Notes under the pieces: generated by a model
Told to the model about the DNA's origin: nothing
The model's input: the letters and a program-made list of their open reading frames with translations, nothing else
The model's database searches: none
From: Octopus sinensis
Lineage: Eukaryota
Length of the DNA stretch: 64,000 bases
NCBI RefSeq assembly: GCF_006345805.1
Contig: NC_043000.1
Coordinates: 5,270,001 to 5,334,000, forward strand
Direction of reading: 5' to 3'
Part shown: piece after piece, positions 26,079-39,775 of the stretch
Layout of the letters: each line of letters begins with the position of its first letter
Position numbering within the stretch: position 1 is the stretch's first letter
Made by a program: the position numbers and the translations under genes

Positions 26079-26146
<68 letters not shown>
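25905..26146 (+). mobile_element. Family A head with (TA)(TG)n
   Basis: ggtaagtagcttgctaac..accttgggcaagtgtcttc. Confidence 0.85.
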
Positions 26147-26148
<2 letters not shown>

Positions 26149-26179
26149 TGATTGTACATTTTACATCTGGTTTTATACT

Positions 26180-26495
26180 TATTTTGATACTTATTCTACC
26201 AGTCCCTTTTGCTGAACTGCTAAGTTATGGGAGCTATAAACACACCAGCACCAGTTGTCAAGTGGCAATGGAGGACAAACACAGACACAAAGATGCACAC
26301 CATATACACAAATATATATATATATATATATGACGGGCTTCTTTCAGTTTCCATATACCAAATCCACCTACAAGTGTTTGTTTGGCTTGAAAATACAGTA
26401 GAAGATATTTGCCCAAGGTGCCACACAGTGGGACTGTACCCGGAACCATACAGTTGGGTAGCAAACCGCTTATGACATAGCCATGACTACACCTA
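26180..26495 (-). mobile_element. Family A SINE, partial and diverged
   Basis: gcccaaggtgccacacagtgggactg; aaacacaccagca. Confidence 0.8.
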
Positions 26496-26737
26496 TACAT
26501 AAATACATACATACATACATAAATGGGTGTGTATGTGTATGTGTCTTTACTGACATAATTTCGTTGTCTTAAGTGAAAATAAAAATGCCGTTAAGTGTTG
26601 TTATTGCCTGTACAAATACATCTGATATATTTGGGTTTTTTTCTTTTCTTCTTTGTAATTTTTAAGGTAATATTTTTCTGTGGTTCTTTCATTGTTTTCT
26701 GGTCTATCGATTTAGTGGACAATTAAATTACCAGTGT

Positions 26738-26947
26738 CTATGTATGAATGTATGTATGTATGTATGTATGTATGTATGTATGTATCTATCTATCTGTCTG
26801 TCTGTCTATCTATCCATCTATCTATCTATTTATCTATCTATCTCTATGTATCTATCTATCTATCAATCTATCTATATCTATCTGTGTCTCTATCTATGTA
26901 GCCATCCATCAATCTGTATATCTATCTATCTATCTATCTATCTATCC

Positions 26948-27000
<53 letters not shown>
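26738..27000. repeat. (TATG)n/(TATC)n/(TA)n microsatellite
   Basis: Directly visible. Confidence 0.95.
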
Positions 27001-27726
27001 CTACCTATTTATTGACTGACCTGTCTGTCCCTCCATCCATCCATTCATTGGTCCGTCCGTCTGCCTGCCTCTCCCTAACTGTCTGTGTCTTTCTCTAACT
27101 ATTTATCTTAAACATTTTGTTATTACCTGCTCTCAGCATTACTGAGACCACAACCACTACTACCAACACCACCACCAACACCAACACCGCCATCATCCTC
27201 AGTGTCCTACGAGAAAAGTTTCAAGACAAAAACACAAAAGGAAAAAACAAAAAAAACAGAATCCAGCCAAAGCAATTTGTACTTGGCCTCACCTACCCCC
27301 TTTCCACCCATTTCATTTCAAATTATGCAACAGGCAGTCTTTTTCTTTCTTGTTTTTTCTCCAGGTCTGTAGAGTCTATTGTTGTAAAAACCTTGTGTAC
27401 TAAGTAGACGTAATGTAACTTATTAATACATAAATTAAACAAGCAGACATCATCAGGGAATGGATCAATAGACTCGATCATAAAATTTATAATAGAAATT
27501 TGTGAAGAACATCTCTAGTCTGTATAATAATGGTTCAGCTGCTGGAAATTCTTGAACAACAATGAAAAACGGAGCACTGGTTATTGTTGTTGTTGTTGTT
27601 GTGGCAGAGGTAGTGGTTGTGTTGGTGGTGGTGGTGGAGAGGAGCAAAGGGTTTATTTCATGTTATTTCTTTTTCCCCTTTTCCCCCCTTTTTTCTGTTT
27701 TCTTGCACCTGCTCATCTCTGCTTTT

Positions 27727-27911
27727 TATCCATCCATCCGTCCATCCATCCATCCATCCATCCATCCATCCATCCATCCATCCATCCATCCGTCCGTCCA
27801 TCCATCCATCCACCCATCCATCCACCCACCCATCCATCCATCCATCCATCATCCATCCATCCATCCATCATCCATCCATCCATCCATCCATCCATCATCC
27901 ATCCATCCATC
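27727..27911. repeat. (CCAT)n microsatellite
   Basis: Directly visible. Confidence 0.95.
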
Positions 27912-27963
27912 TTGTCTTATTTCATACCTCTTCATTAATTCATTTAGTACCACCACCTTTTTG

Positions 27964-28225
27964 TGGAGGCAGGTGGCTTAGTGGTTAAGGGTGTTGGACT
28001 CATGACTGTAAGATTGTGGTTTCGATTCCTGGACCAGGCGACGTGTTGTGTTCTTGAGCAAAACACTTCATTTCACGTTTGCTCCAAAAACTCAGCTGGC
28101 AAAAACAAGTAATCTTGTGATGGACCGGCGTCTTGTCCAGGTGGGGAATATATATATGCCATAGAAACCAGGAAACCAGCCGCTATGAGTTGGTATGACC
28201 GGAGAAGGTACCATTACCTTACCCT
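27964..28225 (+). mobile_element. Family D tRNA-derived SINE
   Basis: A-box tggcttagtgg, B-box ggtttcgattcc, gttgtgttcttgagcaaaacact. Confidence 0.85.
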
Positions 28226-28361
28226 ACCTACCACACACACACATACACTCATGCACAGAAGCACACACATACACACATACATATATACAAATACACATGC
28301 TAGAATAACAGGCCCTTAAAATAAATTTTTTTTAATTGTTATTTGATATCACCTCATCCCT

Positions 28362-28540
28362 GACAGGTCCAGTCTGGATTAGGCAGAGCTATAATGAAAA
28401 GCATCCTAACCATGGCCATTCCATCTATTCCCTCCAGAGATAGCCTACTCAGAATCACATTATGTAATCTGAGTAAGAGAAAAAAAATGAGAGATATAGC
28501 TGCTGTTTCTAGCATGTTAAGTGACTACATAGAAGGTCCC
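28362..28540 (-). mobile_element. Family F interspersed repeat, diverged
   Basis: gctgtttctagcatgttaagtgac shared with 40190-40375, 51800-51980 and 59100-59310. Confidence 0.55.
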
Positions 28541-28711
28541 ATATTTGTGTTATTTTTAATCTGTTGCTTTGTTTCATCTTATCTTATATTTTCATTCAAT
28601 ATCACATTTCCTTCTTTTAATTCTTATTCAGAGAGAAGAGGAAGGACAGTGTTCATAACCTTACTTTAAATATTTCTTGCAGGTATAGCGAAAAACAAAA
28701 TATAAATAAAC

Positions 28712-28972
28712 AAGTACTGGGGTTGATTTGTTTGACTAAAATTCTTCAAGGCGGTGCCCCAGCATGGTCACAGTCTAATGACTGAAACATGTGATAGATA
28801 GCAGATAAATGATAGGCATGGGTGTGTGGTGAAGAGATGTGTTTTGCAATCATATAGTATCAGGTTCAGTCCCACTGTATGGTATCTTTGGTAGGCAACC
28901 TCTACAAGAGCCACAGCTCAACTGATGCTTTGTGAGTGAAACTGGCAGACCAGAACTGCACAAAAGCCCATC

Positions 28973-29022
<50 letters not shown>

Positions 29023-29103
29023 ATGTATGTATGTATGTATGTATGTATGTATGTATGTATGTATGTTTGTATGTATGTATGTATGTTTGTATGTATGTAT
29101 GTA

Positions 29104-29135
<32 letters not shown>
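28712..29135 (+). mobile_element. Family A tail fragment, then A head with expanded (TG)/(TATG)n
   Basis: gcggtgccccagcatgg; ggttcagtcccactg. Confidence 0.7.
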
Positions 29136-29136
<1 letters not shown>

Positions 29137-29486
29137 CTGTCTGTCTCCAAGTCTGTCCATACATTTCTGCCATTCACAAAAAAAGAAACAAAAATGGTGT
29201 GTCTCTTTGTCCTGTAACTTAGCAACAAATATAGATCGTAAAATGAAAGATAATCCAAGGTGAACGGCAAAAGTCTGCATCGGCAAATCTTGTATCATTT
29301 GAAAAATGCAACAGAAAGTAGAGAATGAAATCGGTTTGAGAAGCAGAGTACGTCTAAGAAGCTTAACCAGTTCCTTAAACACAGAAGATGTACAGAACTC
29401 TATTGTCTTTTTTTCCATTTACTGCTTGCCATCTTTAAACCCTGAAGAGGGGATTCTGCCCAAAACATTAAATTGCCTTGCAATAT

Positions 29487-29705
29487 TGGTTTCAAATTTT
29501 GGCACAAGACCAGCAAGTTCAGAGGAGGGAGGGAGTAAGTCAATTACATCAACCCTAGTATTCATCTGGTATTTATTTTATCGATCCCCAAAAGGATGAA
29601 AGGCAAAGTGAACCTCAGTGGAATTTGAACTCAGAACATAAAGACAGACAAAATGCCACGAACCATTTTGCCTGATTAAGCTAATGATTCTGTCAGTTCA
29701 CCACT
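29487..29705 (-). mobile_element. Family C SINE (tail type 1)
   Basis: ggtttcaaattttggcacaag tail; aaaggatgaaaggcaaag; gaatttgaactcagaac. Confidence 0.8.
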
Positions 29706-29769
29706 TTGAAATCCTAGGTGATACTGATATTCATTCTAGTACCTTAGCTCATATACTCTTTTTTTTATT

Positions 29770-30150
29770 TGTTTCAGTCATTTGACTGCGGCCATGCTGG
29801 AGCACCACCTTTAGTCGAGCAAATCGACCCCGGGACTTATTCTTTGTAAGCCCAGTACTTATTCTATTGGTCTCTTTTGCCGAACCGCTAAGTGACGGGG
29901 ACATAAACACACCAGCATCGGTTGTCAAGCAATGCTAGGGGGACAAACACAGACACACACACACATATATATATAAATACATATATACGACAGGCTTCTT
30001 TCAGTTTCCGTCTACCAAATCCACTCACAAGGCATTGGTCGGCCCAGGGCTATAGCAGAAGACACTTGCCCAAGATGCCACGCAGTGGGACTGAACCCGG
30101 AACCATGTGGTTGGTTAGCAAGCTGCTTACCACACAGCCACTCCTGCGCC
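29770..30150 (-). mobile_element. Family A SINE, near full-length
   Basis: Reverse complement closely matches 21822-22228. Confidence 0.9.
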
Positions 30151-30659
30151 TAAATGTTCAAATCCTGCCAAGATCAACTCCAAATTTCATCCTTCTTGCA
30201 TTCATAAAATAAAATACAGTTTAGAGCAGTGAACAGGCAGAAACGCTTTCAGGTGCTGTGCAGTGGGACTGAACCCCAAATTAAATGGTTGCAATGCAAG
30301 CTTCTTAACCACACAGTCACGAAGACCTTTTTCCTTTCTTAGTTTATAAGTTTTTTTGGTTTGTTTTTTGTGAGCTGTTCATCCATTTTCTGACCTCTTT
30401 GACACCCACATATTCGCTTCCTTTCTCATTCATTCCATACCAATATTTCACTTTCCCACAACACCACCCACCCACCCACTCTCTTCTTCTTCTTCTCCCC
30501 CACTTCCACACACACATACACCAGCAACAATGATGAGCCTTATTATATTTTTTTGTTTCTTGTTTAGCTTGATTTTGTTTTTTTCTGTTTTTTTTTTCTT
30601 TACTTGTCTTGGAAACAAAGTAGCAGTGTTCACTATTTCATTCTATGGTTCATGGTTCT

Positions 30660-30694
<35 letters not shown>

Positions 30695-30849
30695 GCATAC
30701 ACATGCATACACACACACATAGGCATACACACACGCCCACATGCACACTATTCAAACTAACCATTTATGAAAATTCAGTACCAAGTACACAACCAGTAAG
30801 TTGCATGCCTCTCTCTCTCTCCTTCATATGCACATATACTCAAATATAC

Positions 30850-31115
<266 letters not shown>

Positions 31116-31381
31116 AACATTATAAGTACCAGTTCGAGATAGGACAAGACTGACAGGTACGCTGACAAAAACCCAAGCATGATTCTATCACCTTTGCCAG
31201 GTAATCTTGTTACGTATTGCTCCACAGAGCGTCTATCGTTCCCTCCTAAAACATTAAGTACAGAAATGTTATTCTACACAAATGCTGCAGCTATTTAACA
31301 ATTTCTACCTCCACAAATATCCCACTTGTTCCTCATGTAATTTCTCAGTGACATTGCCTGTCAGTATTTATATATATGTGT

Positions 31382-31413
<32 letters not shown>

Positions 31414-31417
31414 AAAG

Positions 31418-31920
31418 TGGAGGTGCATGGCTTAGTGGTTAGGGTGTCAGCATCATTATCGTAAGATTGTGGTTTCAATTCCTGCACTGGGTGACGAGTT
31501 GTGTTCTTAAGCAAAACAATTCATTTCACGTTGGTCCAGTCCACTCAACTGGCAAAATGAGTGTGTGTGTGTGTATGCTTATATGTAAACATATATAAGA
31601 AGGTGTGTGGGTTAAAGTTTAGGGTATTTGACTCACAATCGTAAGGTTGTGAGTTCAAGTCCCAGTGATGCGTTGTGACCTTGAGCAAGACACTTTATTT
31701 CTTGTTGCTACAGTCCACTCATCTGGCACAAATGAGTAGTACTTGTAGTTCAAAGGGTCAGCTTTGTCGCATCCTATATCATGGTGAATCAACCTGAGAA
31801 CTTCTTTCAGGGTACATGTATTTGTGGAGTGGTCAGCCACTTATGCATTAATTCCATGAGCAGGCTGTTCCATTGATCGAATCAACTGAAACACTTGTCA
31901 TCATAACTGATGGAGAGCCT
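31418..31920 (+). mobile_element. Two family D heads; the second (31600-31920) carries an alternative tail
   Basis: tggcttagtggttagggtg / gagttcaagtccc, cttgagcaagacact, cagtccactca. Confidence 0.75.
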
Positions 31921-32279
31921 GGCCAAACATGTAAAGATGCACACTTGGCTTTGTGGCCAAACGTTTGCTTCCCCAATCTACTATGTGTCAACTTGAGTAT
32001 GTGTCTTCTGTTACTGCTCCAGACTCACCAAAGCTTTTTGGAAAGATTTGGTAAATGGAAACTGAAAGAAGTCCATTATATATCATCATTATTGTCATGT
32101 GATGGACGGTTGACAGGAGCTGGCAAACCTGAGAGTTTCTCAGACTCCAGTTGTCTGTTTTGGCATGGTTGGATGCCCTTCTAACAGCAACCACTTTACA
32201 GAGTGTACTGGGTGCTTTTCATGTAGCACCAGCACCACTGCTTTATCCAGGACACCAGCATGTGTGTGTGTGTGTGTGT

Positions 32280-32505
32280 GTGTCCTTGTCATGATATCGC
32301 ATAACAGCTGTAAATGAGTGTCATACAAGCAGTGTCATTAATTCTAAATATTCCACAGTACATCTCACCATGGAAAAATATTACCTTATTTGGAAACAGG
32401 TGAGGGTTAGCAACAGAAAGAGCATCCAGCCATAGTAAATCCACCTCAAACTAAGCACAACCCATGCAAGCAAGGAAAAGTGTATATTAAAATGATGATG
32501 ATAAT
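32280..32505 (+). mobile_element. Family G 3' module sharing the family B tail
   Basis: tcatacaagcagtgtcatt..ggaaacaggtgagggtt..gcatccagcc..acccatgcaagca; related at 36560-36845 and 54740-54950. Confidence 0.7.
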
Positions 32506-32512
32506 AATATAA

Positions 32513-32559
<47 letters not shown>

Positions 32560-32753
32560 GGCATATAATGTTTTTAGAAATAGTTCTTGATATCATCTCA
32601 AGATTTAAAAACAGATTATCTGAACTCCAAAATCTTTAATTAAATAAAAAGTGTCTTTCAAAATAAAAGGCAGTGGGGATTTAACACAGACTTGACGGAA
32701 AGAAGTTTTTGTGTATGTGCTTACATAGCTCCACCTAGCTACCGACCTACATA

Positions 32754-33066
32754 TCATCATCATCATCATCATCATCCTCATTTAGCGTCCGTTTTCCATG
32801 CTAGTATGGGTTGGACGGTTTCACTGGGGTCTGTGAAGCCAGGAGGCTGCACCAAGCCCAGTCTGATCTGGCAGTGTTTCTACGGCTGGATGCCCTTCCT
32901 AACGCCAACCACTCCGCGAGTGTAGTGGGTGCTTTTTACGTGCCACCTGCACAGGAGCCAGACGGAGCTGGCAAACGGCCACGAATGGATGGTGCTTTTT
33001 ACATGCCACCGGCACGGGGGCCAGGCGAGGCTGGCAACGGACACGAACGGATGGTGCTTTTACGTA
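32754..33066 (-). mobile_element. Family B copy with monomers
   Basis: (cat)n tail, core, repeated ggtgctttttacgtgccacc. Confidence 0.9.
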
Positions 33067-33146
33067 AAAACATAAATACATACATACATATATATATATA
33101 TGTATCTCTCTCTCTCTCTCTCTCTTTCTCTCTATCTATCTATCTA

Positions 33147-33180
<34 letters not shown>

Positions 33181-33843
33181 CATATATACATACAAGAATG
33201 CAGACAGACATGCATGTATTTCTATAAACACAAATATACATGCTTACACAAGTACATAAATACCTTTTCACATACATATCTACACATGCACACACGCACA
33301 TGCACACACACATACATGAGCTCACTGAACTGCATATCCTCATGCAATTACATAATATGAACATTTATCTTTGTATAAGAATAAGAACATATCTAAGCTA
33401 ATACAGGGGAGTATGTATTTTGGGATAGTGAGAATGATAGGGGGGAAAAAAGAGAGAAAGAAAGAGTGAGCACGTTTGAGTTACATGTAGGGGATGGAGA
33501 GTGAGAGAGAGACTGTGTGTGTTATTATTATCTCATAGAGTAGAGAGCACATTAACCATTGAAGTACGAAAGGGAAATAACAACTGGAGTTAAGTAATCC
33601 GAAGAGATGAGACCTTGAAGATATGAAGGAATTCAATAGCAAAATTGGTAATATATTTAATCAGAAACTATTGGCACTATCCATTGATTATATCAAAATA
33701 CTATTTCAAAGTAAGATATATATTTTCTGCAATTTTCTCTCTTTTATTTCATTTATTTATTTATTATTATTTTTTTTTTGTGTGTAGTTTCATTTTTTCA
33801 GGAAATGCATTTCCATTTAAATAATATTTATTAAACAGTAATG

Positions 33844-33909
<66 letters not shown>

Positions 33910-33911
<2 letters not shown>

Positions 33912-34122
33912 GTTTCAAATTTTTGGCACAAGGCCTGCAATCTCAGGGGAAGAGCTAAATCAATTATATTGACCCCAGTATTCAACTGGTGCTTATTTTA
34001 TTGACCCTGAAAGGATGAAAGGCAAAGTCAATCTCGACAGAATTTGAACTCAGAACATAAACCTGGAAGAAATCCTGCCAAGCATTTTCCCCAAAATAGT
34101 AACAATTCTGTCAGCTTGCTGT
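33910..34122 (-). mobile_element. Family C SINE with (AAT)n tail
   Basis: (aat)n at 33840-33910 then ggtttcaaattttt..gaaaggatgaaaggcaaagtc. Confidence 0.8.
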
Positions 34123-34496
34123 CTATATAATGGTTTCAAATTTTGGCACAAAGCCAGCAATTTCAGAGGAGGAGGTAAACTTTAAGATGGCACTGACCAT
34201 TGGTATAACTGGATGAGAGGTCTGTGCTCATCTAACTTCGAAGATAGCCAGGCAAGGAAAAGCATAATGCTGAGAACAAACCTTTACTTAGTATGAGTAC
34301 TTATGAAGAGAAGGAGGTTAAGAGAACCAGCGCTGACAGTAAATTGGGTCAGGAGAGAATACAGAAGCCATAGACCCCATCCATTTTCAAAAGAACATAG
34401 AGCACAATTGTGAGTTGTGCCTGAGCCCCACCCCACCCCTCAGTGTGAGGATGGGAATATCAATTCATTCATATCTTATTCATAAGGCAATTTGTT

Positions 34497-34701
34497 CAGT
34501 GGTTCTCAAATTAACAAAGTAGCAGGCCCCACCCAAATGGCAGTGAAATTATTTTGACTCATGCCCCTTCTTTATTTTATAACTCTCAATTATGTAATTA
34601 TGATAATTATATAATAAAGAACTAATAATAATTTGTCCCCACCTACATTTGAATCTTTCTAAAAGCCAAACCCCCAACTCACACCTCATGAGGAACACCA
34701 A
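34497..34701. mobile_element. hAT/Charlie-like MITE remnant
   Basis: Left end cagtggttctcaaa; degenerate right end tgaggaacacca. Confidence 0.5.
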
Positions 34702-35054
34702 GTCAGTTGCTAAAATCCAGTGAAGTGTTGGGCAAAACCTAACTTGCAGTTTTTGGCTACATATCTGTATGCTTTGAGTTCAAACCATGCATGGGTCCAC
34801 TTTGTCTTTCATCCTTCTGAAGACAAAGCAAAAAAGAATAAAAATGCAGTTTGTTGAAGTTGGCACTAGGGTTGATGTAAGCAACTTTTACCCAGAGGTG
34901 CTCCAGCATGGCTGCCATCCAATGAGTGAAACAAGAAAAATATTTTTTTTTAATAAAATGTTATATCACTTGCTGCATTGCCTATAAAGTCTGTGTACAC
35001 TTACAAAGCTACAAGTATTTTAAATTGCACATGGACTTTATAGACACCCCTGTA

Positions 35055-35280
35055 TAATCCTTAAGCATTTAAACCAGCTATATCCTGCCAAAACATTCCA
35101 CCTGTTTTATGTTCTAATTGGCCATATCCGGACTCTCACACCAACCTTACAATATCATTCTAAAATCAACAGGTACCTCTTCAAAATCTCAAAGCTACAA
35201 GAGAACGCATGACAAATACAAAACGATGTGAATAAATAAGCATCACATTTGACAGAATAATGTGAATGCCGAAGGGATAA
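35055..35280 (+). mobile_element. piggyBac-like MITE (same family as 8135)
   Basis: taatccttaagcatttaaacc...gaatgccgaagggataa; homologous to the reverse complement of 8135-8361. Confidence 0.65.
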
Positions 35281-35345
35281 AGTTGATGATGAGCCAACAG
35301 AAATAATAGTATTGCACTAAATGACTAACGCTAATTCGAACCAAT

Positions 35346-35600
35346 GTGGAGGCGCGTGGCTTAGTGGTTAGGGTGTCAGCACCATGATCGTAAGATTGTG
35401 GTTTCGATTCCTGGACCGGGTGACGCGTTGTGTTCTTGAGCAAAACACTTCATTTCACGTTGCTCCAGTCCACTCAGCAGGCAAAAATGAGTAACGCTGC
35501 AATGGACTGGCATCCCATCCAGGTGGGGAACATATACGCCATAGAAACCAGGAAACCGGACCCATGAGCCTGGCCAGGCTTTAAAAAGGGCGCATTTATT
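35346..35600 (+). mobile_element. Family D SINE, full-length, with a ~16-bp TSD
   Basis: A and B boxes; flanks ctaattcgaaccaatg (35331) and ctaatttgaatcaatg (35616). Confidence 0.9.
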
Positions 35601-36116
35601 ATTTATTTTTAATTTCTAATTTGAATCAATGGGAGAGTCTGAATATTATCATTACTTGACCTGAAAGAAGTACCAGCTAAATACTATCAAGTCATATCCT
35701 ACTATCTTGAAAGAAAAGGAGAAATGGATAATGGTATATGTTCCTGAGTTACAAATATTAGGAATCTGGTATGGTCAAGGCTGTAATACTTTTGATTATA
35801 GACCCACTCGACTACAGTTGACCTGGGGCTAAATAAGAGCAAGAATACCCCCTCCCCACCACCACCAACAACAACAACAACCACAACAATGATTGTTATC
35901 TAGTCTTCTACACTGGGTATGCATCTCATTCCAATGTTTGCCTGTTCATAATTTTCATCTACTTATGCTCAGTAAGAAAATGATGTTTGGGTTTCAATCC
36001 CACTGTGTGGAACCTTTGAGCAAGTGTTTTTTTTTAATATATTTTTGTTCCAATCTAATCAAACCCTTGAGAATGAATTTAATAAGCAGAAACTGAATGC
36101 ACCCTGCTGCCATATA

Positions 36117-36205
36117 TATGAGGGGCAGCTGAAAGTTCCTGGTTTTGGGTAAATGAAAATAGATGATTTTATTCAACATATTCCCCACTCAGATTCACAC
36201 GCTTA
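36117..36205 (+). mobile_element. Mariner-like terminal inverted repeat fragment
   Basis: tatgaggggcagctgaaagttcctgg resembles mariner TA-CGAGGGG..GAAAAGTTCC ends. Confidence 0.45.
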
Positions 36206-37441
36206 TGGGTAGGGGTTCTGTAAAATAACCCAGAAGTTTGGGTCTCCTACCAGGCCTTTTGTGATACCCTTAATGCCAGGAACTGTACGGCACTCCCTTG
36301 TATATATGTATGTATATATGTATGAATGAATGTATGTATGTATGTATGTATGTATGTATGTATGTATGTATGTATGTATGTATGTATGTATGTATGTATG
36401 TATGTATGTATGTGTGTATGTATGTATGTATGTATGTGTGTATGTGTGTATGTATGTATGTATGTATGTACGTACATACGTACGTACGTATGTATGTATG
36501 TATGTATGTATGTATGTATGTATGTATGTGTGTATGTGTGTGTGTGTGTGTGTGTGTCTCATTGTCTTGACATTGCATAATAGTTGCAAATGGGTAACAT
36601 CGCCATACACTGTACACTATACCATACAAGCAGTGCTCTTCATTAATCTTCCATGAAATCATGTCAGGACATGGCGAGATATTACCTTACTCGTAAAAAA
36701 GGTGCGGGGAGTGGGGCTGGTGAAAGGCAGTGCAACCCACCATAAAAAATTTGCTTCAAGAAATTCCCGTCTGACCCTTATAAACATGGAAAAGAGCAGG
36801 TCAAATCAATGATGTTGATGATGATGATGAGGATGATGATGATGATATATTCAATGAACTTCAAACTTTCTCTATGAATTCAAACTATAGACATGACCCT
36901 AGACCTTGTTTTTTAAAAACTCAGTTAAAACCTGCTGTGTATGCAGTATAATAACAATATGTTGCTTCCTTCGCAAATGAAAATGTAGAACATAAAATAA
37001 CGGAGAATAGAAAAGCTAAATGATTGGTAAACATTTTCTCTGCTTCAAATCTCTCACTGATTAAAAAAAAATAAATTGTATATTGTGTATTACCTAATCA
37101 AAAAAAAATATATATATACACTAAAGCTTCCTTTCAATACGAACAACATACATACATATACACCTATGCATATATATACACATATGCATATATATGTACT
37201 ACATATATATATAAATACATATATACACAAATATATAAATACATATGCATACAAATATTTTAGATACATATGCATACAAATATATATATACACACACATG
37301 CACATACACACATATATATGCACACATTCAAGTAATTTAAAATGAAATGCCAGTTGTACAAAATAAATAGACAGATAAATAACTAAATAGATAAATAAAT
37401 AAATAATAATGATGATAATAATAATAATAATAATAATAATG

Positions 37442-37480
<39 letters not shown>

Positions 37481-37750
37481 TAATTAGAAAGTTTAAAAAA
37501 ACGAGAAAAAAACCCCCCACTTCACCAGCAAACAGAAGCTGAAGATTATTATGATTGTTAGCGAAGGATCTAACGATGAAAAATGAATTAGACTTCATTG
37601 AATGCTACTACTGCTGATCATTAGCAATCGAACCAGCTGATGTGACTTAAATAATATTCAATAACTTTATCAGATCATCAGACCAAAAAATTAGATTCTA
37701 AAATAAATAAATAAACAGCCCCCTGTCCAGTAAAACATAATGAAGTGAAG

Positions 37751-37788
<38 letters not shown>

Positions 37789-37884
37789 GTTCTGAACATT
37801 CCACACCAACACATTTGCGTGTGTGTGTGTGTGTGCATGTTTGTGTATGTGTATGTGAGTGTAATATACAAATACATACTTATA

Positions 37885-37897
37885 CATTCGTGTAATT

Positions 37898-37987
<90 letters not shown>

Positions 37988-38076
37988 GTATATACACATT
38001 TATTTTCTTACATATGAATATACATATATACTATGTGTGTGTGAGTATACATATATACATGTGTGTGTGTGTGTAA

Positions 38077-38120
<44 letters not shown>

Positions 38121-38272
38121 AAATATATATATGCATATATGTATATCTATTCATATATATATATATATATATGTATGTATATACATACACACACACACAA
38201 ACACACAACCACAAGCAATCTTTGCATGTGTGTGTTCTTATAGATTAATAAATGTGTGTCTGCACACACACA

Positions 38273-38319
<47 letters not shown>

Positions 38320-38330
38320 CACACACATAT
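37885..38330. repeat. (TA)n/(TG)n/(CA)n field
   Basis: Directly visible. Confidence 0.95.
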
Positions 38331-38723
38331 TCATATTGTGATAGGTGAGGCTATCAAAACTACATTCTACACTTGCTAAGAAGATATGCAGAAAAAAGAA
38401 AAAGAAAAAGAAAAAGGAAAAAAAAAACAGAATTGGCTTAGGAAACAAACAACATTTTAAGCGTAAAAATCAACTAAAATATTAACAGATAGAAATGAAA
38501 TTGTGGCAAGATGTGATAAGAATTTGAATGTTGCATAAAGTAAATAACAACATAAGGAAATTAGTTTCTTCACACCAAATGAATAAAAGGAAGTCGCTGA
38601 AGGCTGCTGAGGAAATTTTTGCAGAAGTTTTGTGTCAGTTTTCTTGTAGAAATAAACTAGAATACATGAAAAAAACTAATGTAAGATGAACCAGCAAAAG
38701 AAGTTTTTGCTGGTCATTCAATC

Positions 38724-39123
38724 TTTACTCTTTTACTCTTTTAAGTGTTTCAGTCATGCGACTGTGGACATGCTGGAGCACCACCTTTTGTCGAGCAAAT
38801 CAAACCCCAGGATTTATTCTTCGTAAGCCTAGTACTTAATCTATCGGTCTCTTTTGCCGAATCACTAAGTTATGGGGACGTAAACACACCAGCATCGGTT
38901 GTCAAGTGATATTTGGGGGACAAACACAGACACACAAATATATACAGACACACACATACATACACATATATATGACGGGCTTCTTTCAGTTTCCATCTCA
39001 CAAGGCTTTGGTCGACCCAAGGCTATAGTAGAAAACACTTGCCCAAGGTGCCACGCAGTGGGACTGAACCTGGAACCATGTGGTTGGTAAACAGGCTACT
39101 TACCACACAGCCACTCCTACACC
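38724..39123 (-). mobile_element. Family A SINE, full-length with a small internal deletion
   Basis: (tttactct)n tail to accacacagccactcc head. Confidence 0.9.
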
Positions 39124-39367
39124 TCTATAAAATCTGTACAAAAATTAAATTTTTCTCCCTAGATATATCTTAGTGTCTTGGAGAAAGATCTGAAGATAAT
39201 TCATTTATCTATTGTTTGTTTGTTTATCTGCTGTGTGTGAAATATGGGGCAGTGCCTGTGGCTTTTTTAGTCTATGTGTCCTGGTGCCATTGATATTAGC
39301 TTCAAACTTTGGCACAGGGCAATAAGTTTAGGGGAAGTTGGTTGCATCGATCCCAGTATTCAATTGG

Positions 39368-39775
39368 TACCGTAAATCCTCGAGTATAATCCACATTTTT
39401 TTCCCAAAATTTAAAGGTCAAAATCCCTAGTGTGTACTGTATACAAGGTTAAAAATGAAAATTATTTTCTAAGCAATGTCCGAGTCTCTGTTTGCTGTCC
39501 GATAATGTTTATTCAGACACATTTTGTGATGTCGGGGGCGAAAATACCTTAAGCTAAGCCTGAAAGCAATGAAGTCATAAAAGAACCAGTAAGCAACATT
39601 TATTAAACGTTATTACTGTTATTTCTTTATTTTCTGCAAACAAAATGCACAAAAAAGCTACATGTTTGCATTATGTTATATACACATTAATAATAAAGGA
39701 TGTTACCGTATACATTTTTACAAACCAAAGATGTTATATAGATCTCCTTGACTCAAGTTAGAGAAAGGGTCCATT
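39368..39775 (+). mobile_element. pogo/Tigger-like DNA transposon end; other TIR not seen
   Basis: ta-ccgtaaatcctcgagtataa resembles pogo-type TACCGTA...GAGTATAA termini. Confidence 0.5.

Noticed and set aside
29440-29470. ctgaagaggggattctgcccaaaac hammerhead-like string
   Set aside because: GAAA broken, no stem I or III
34982-35054. Short inverted repeat ctataaagtc/gactttatag ending acacccctgta
   Set aside because: Probably a tiny Tc1-like MITE relic; left end too decayed to call
35346-35420. tRNA gene
   Set aside because: A and B boxes are present, but there is no acceptor stem or cloverleaf and it continues into a SINE body with a TSD
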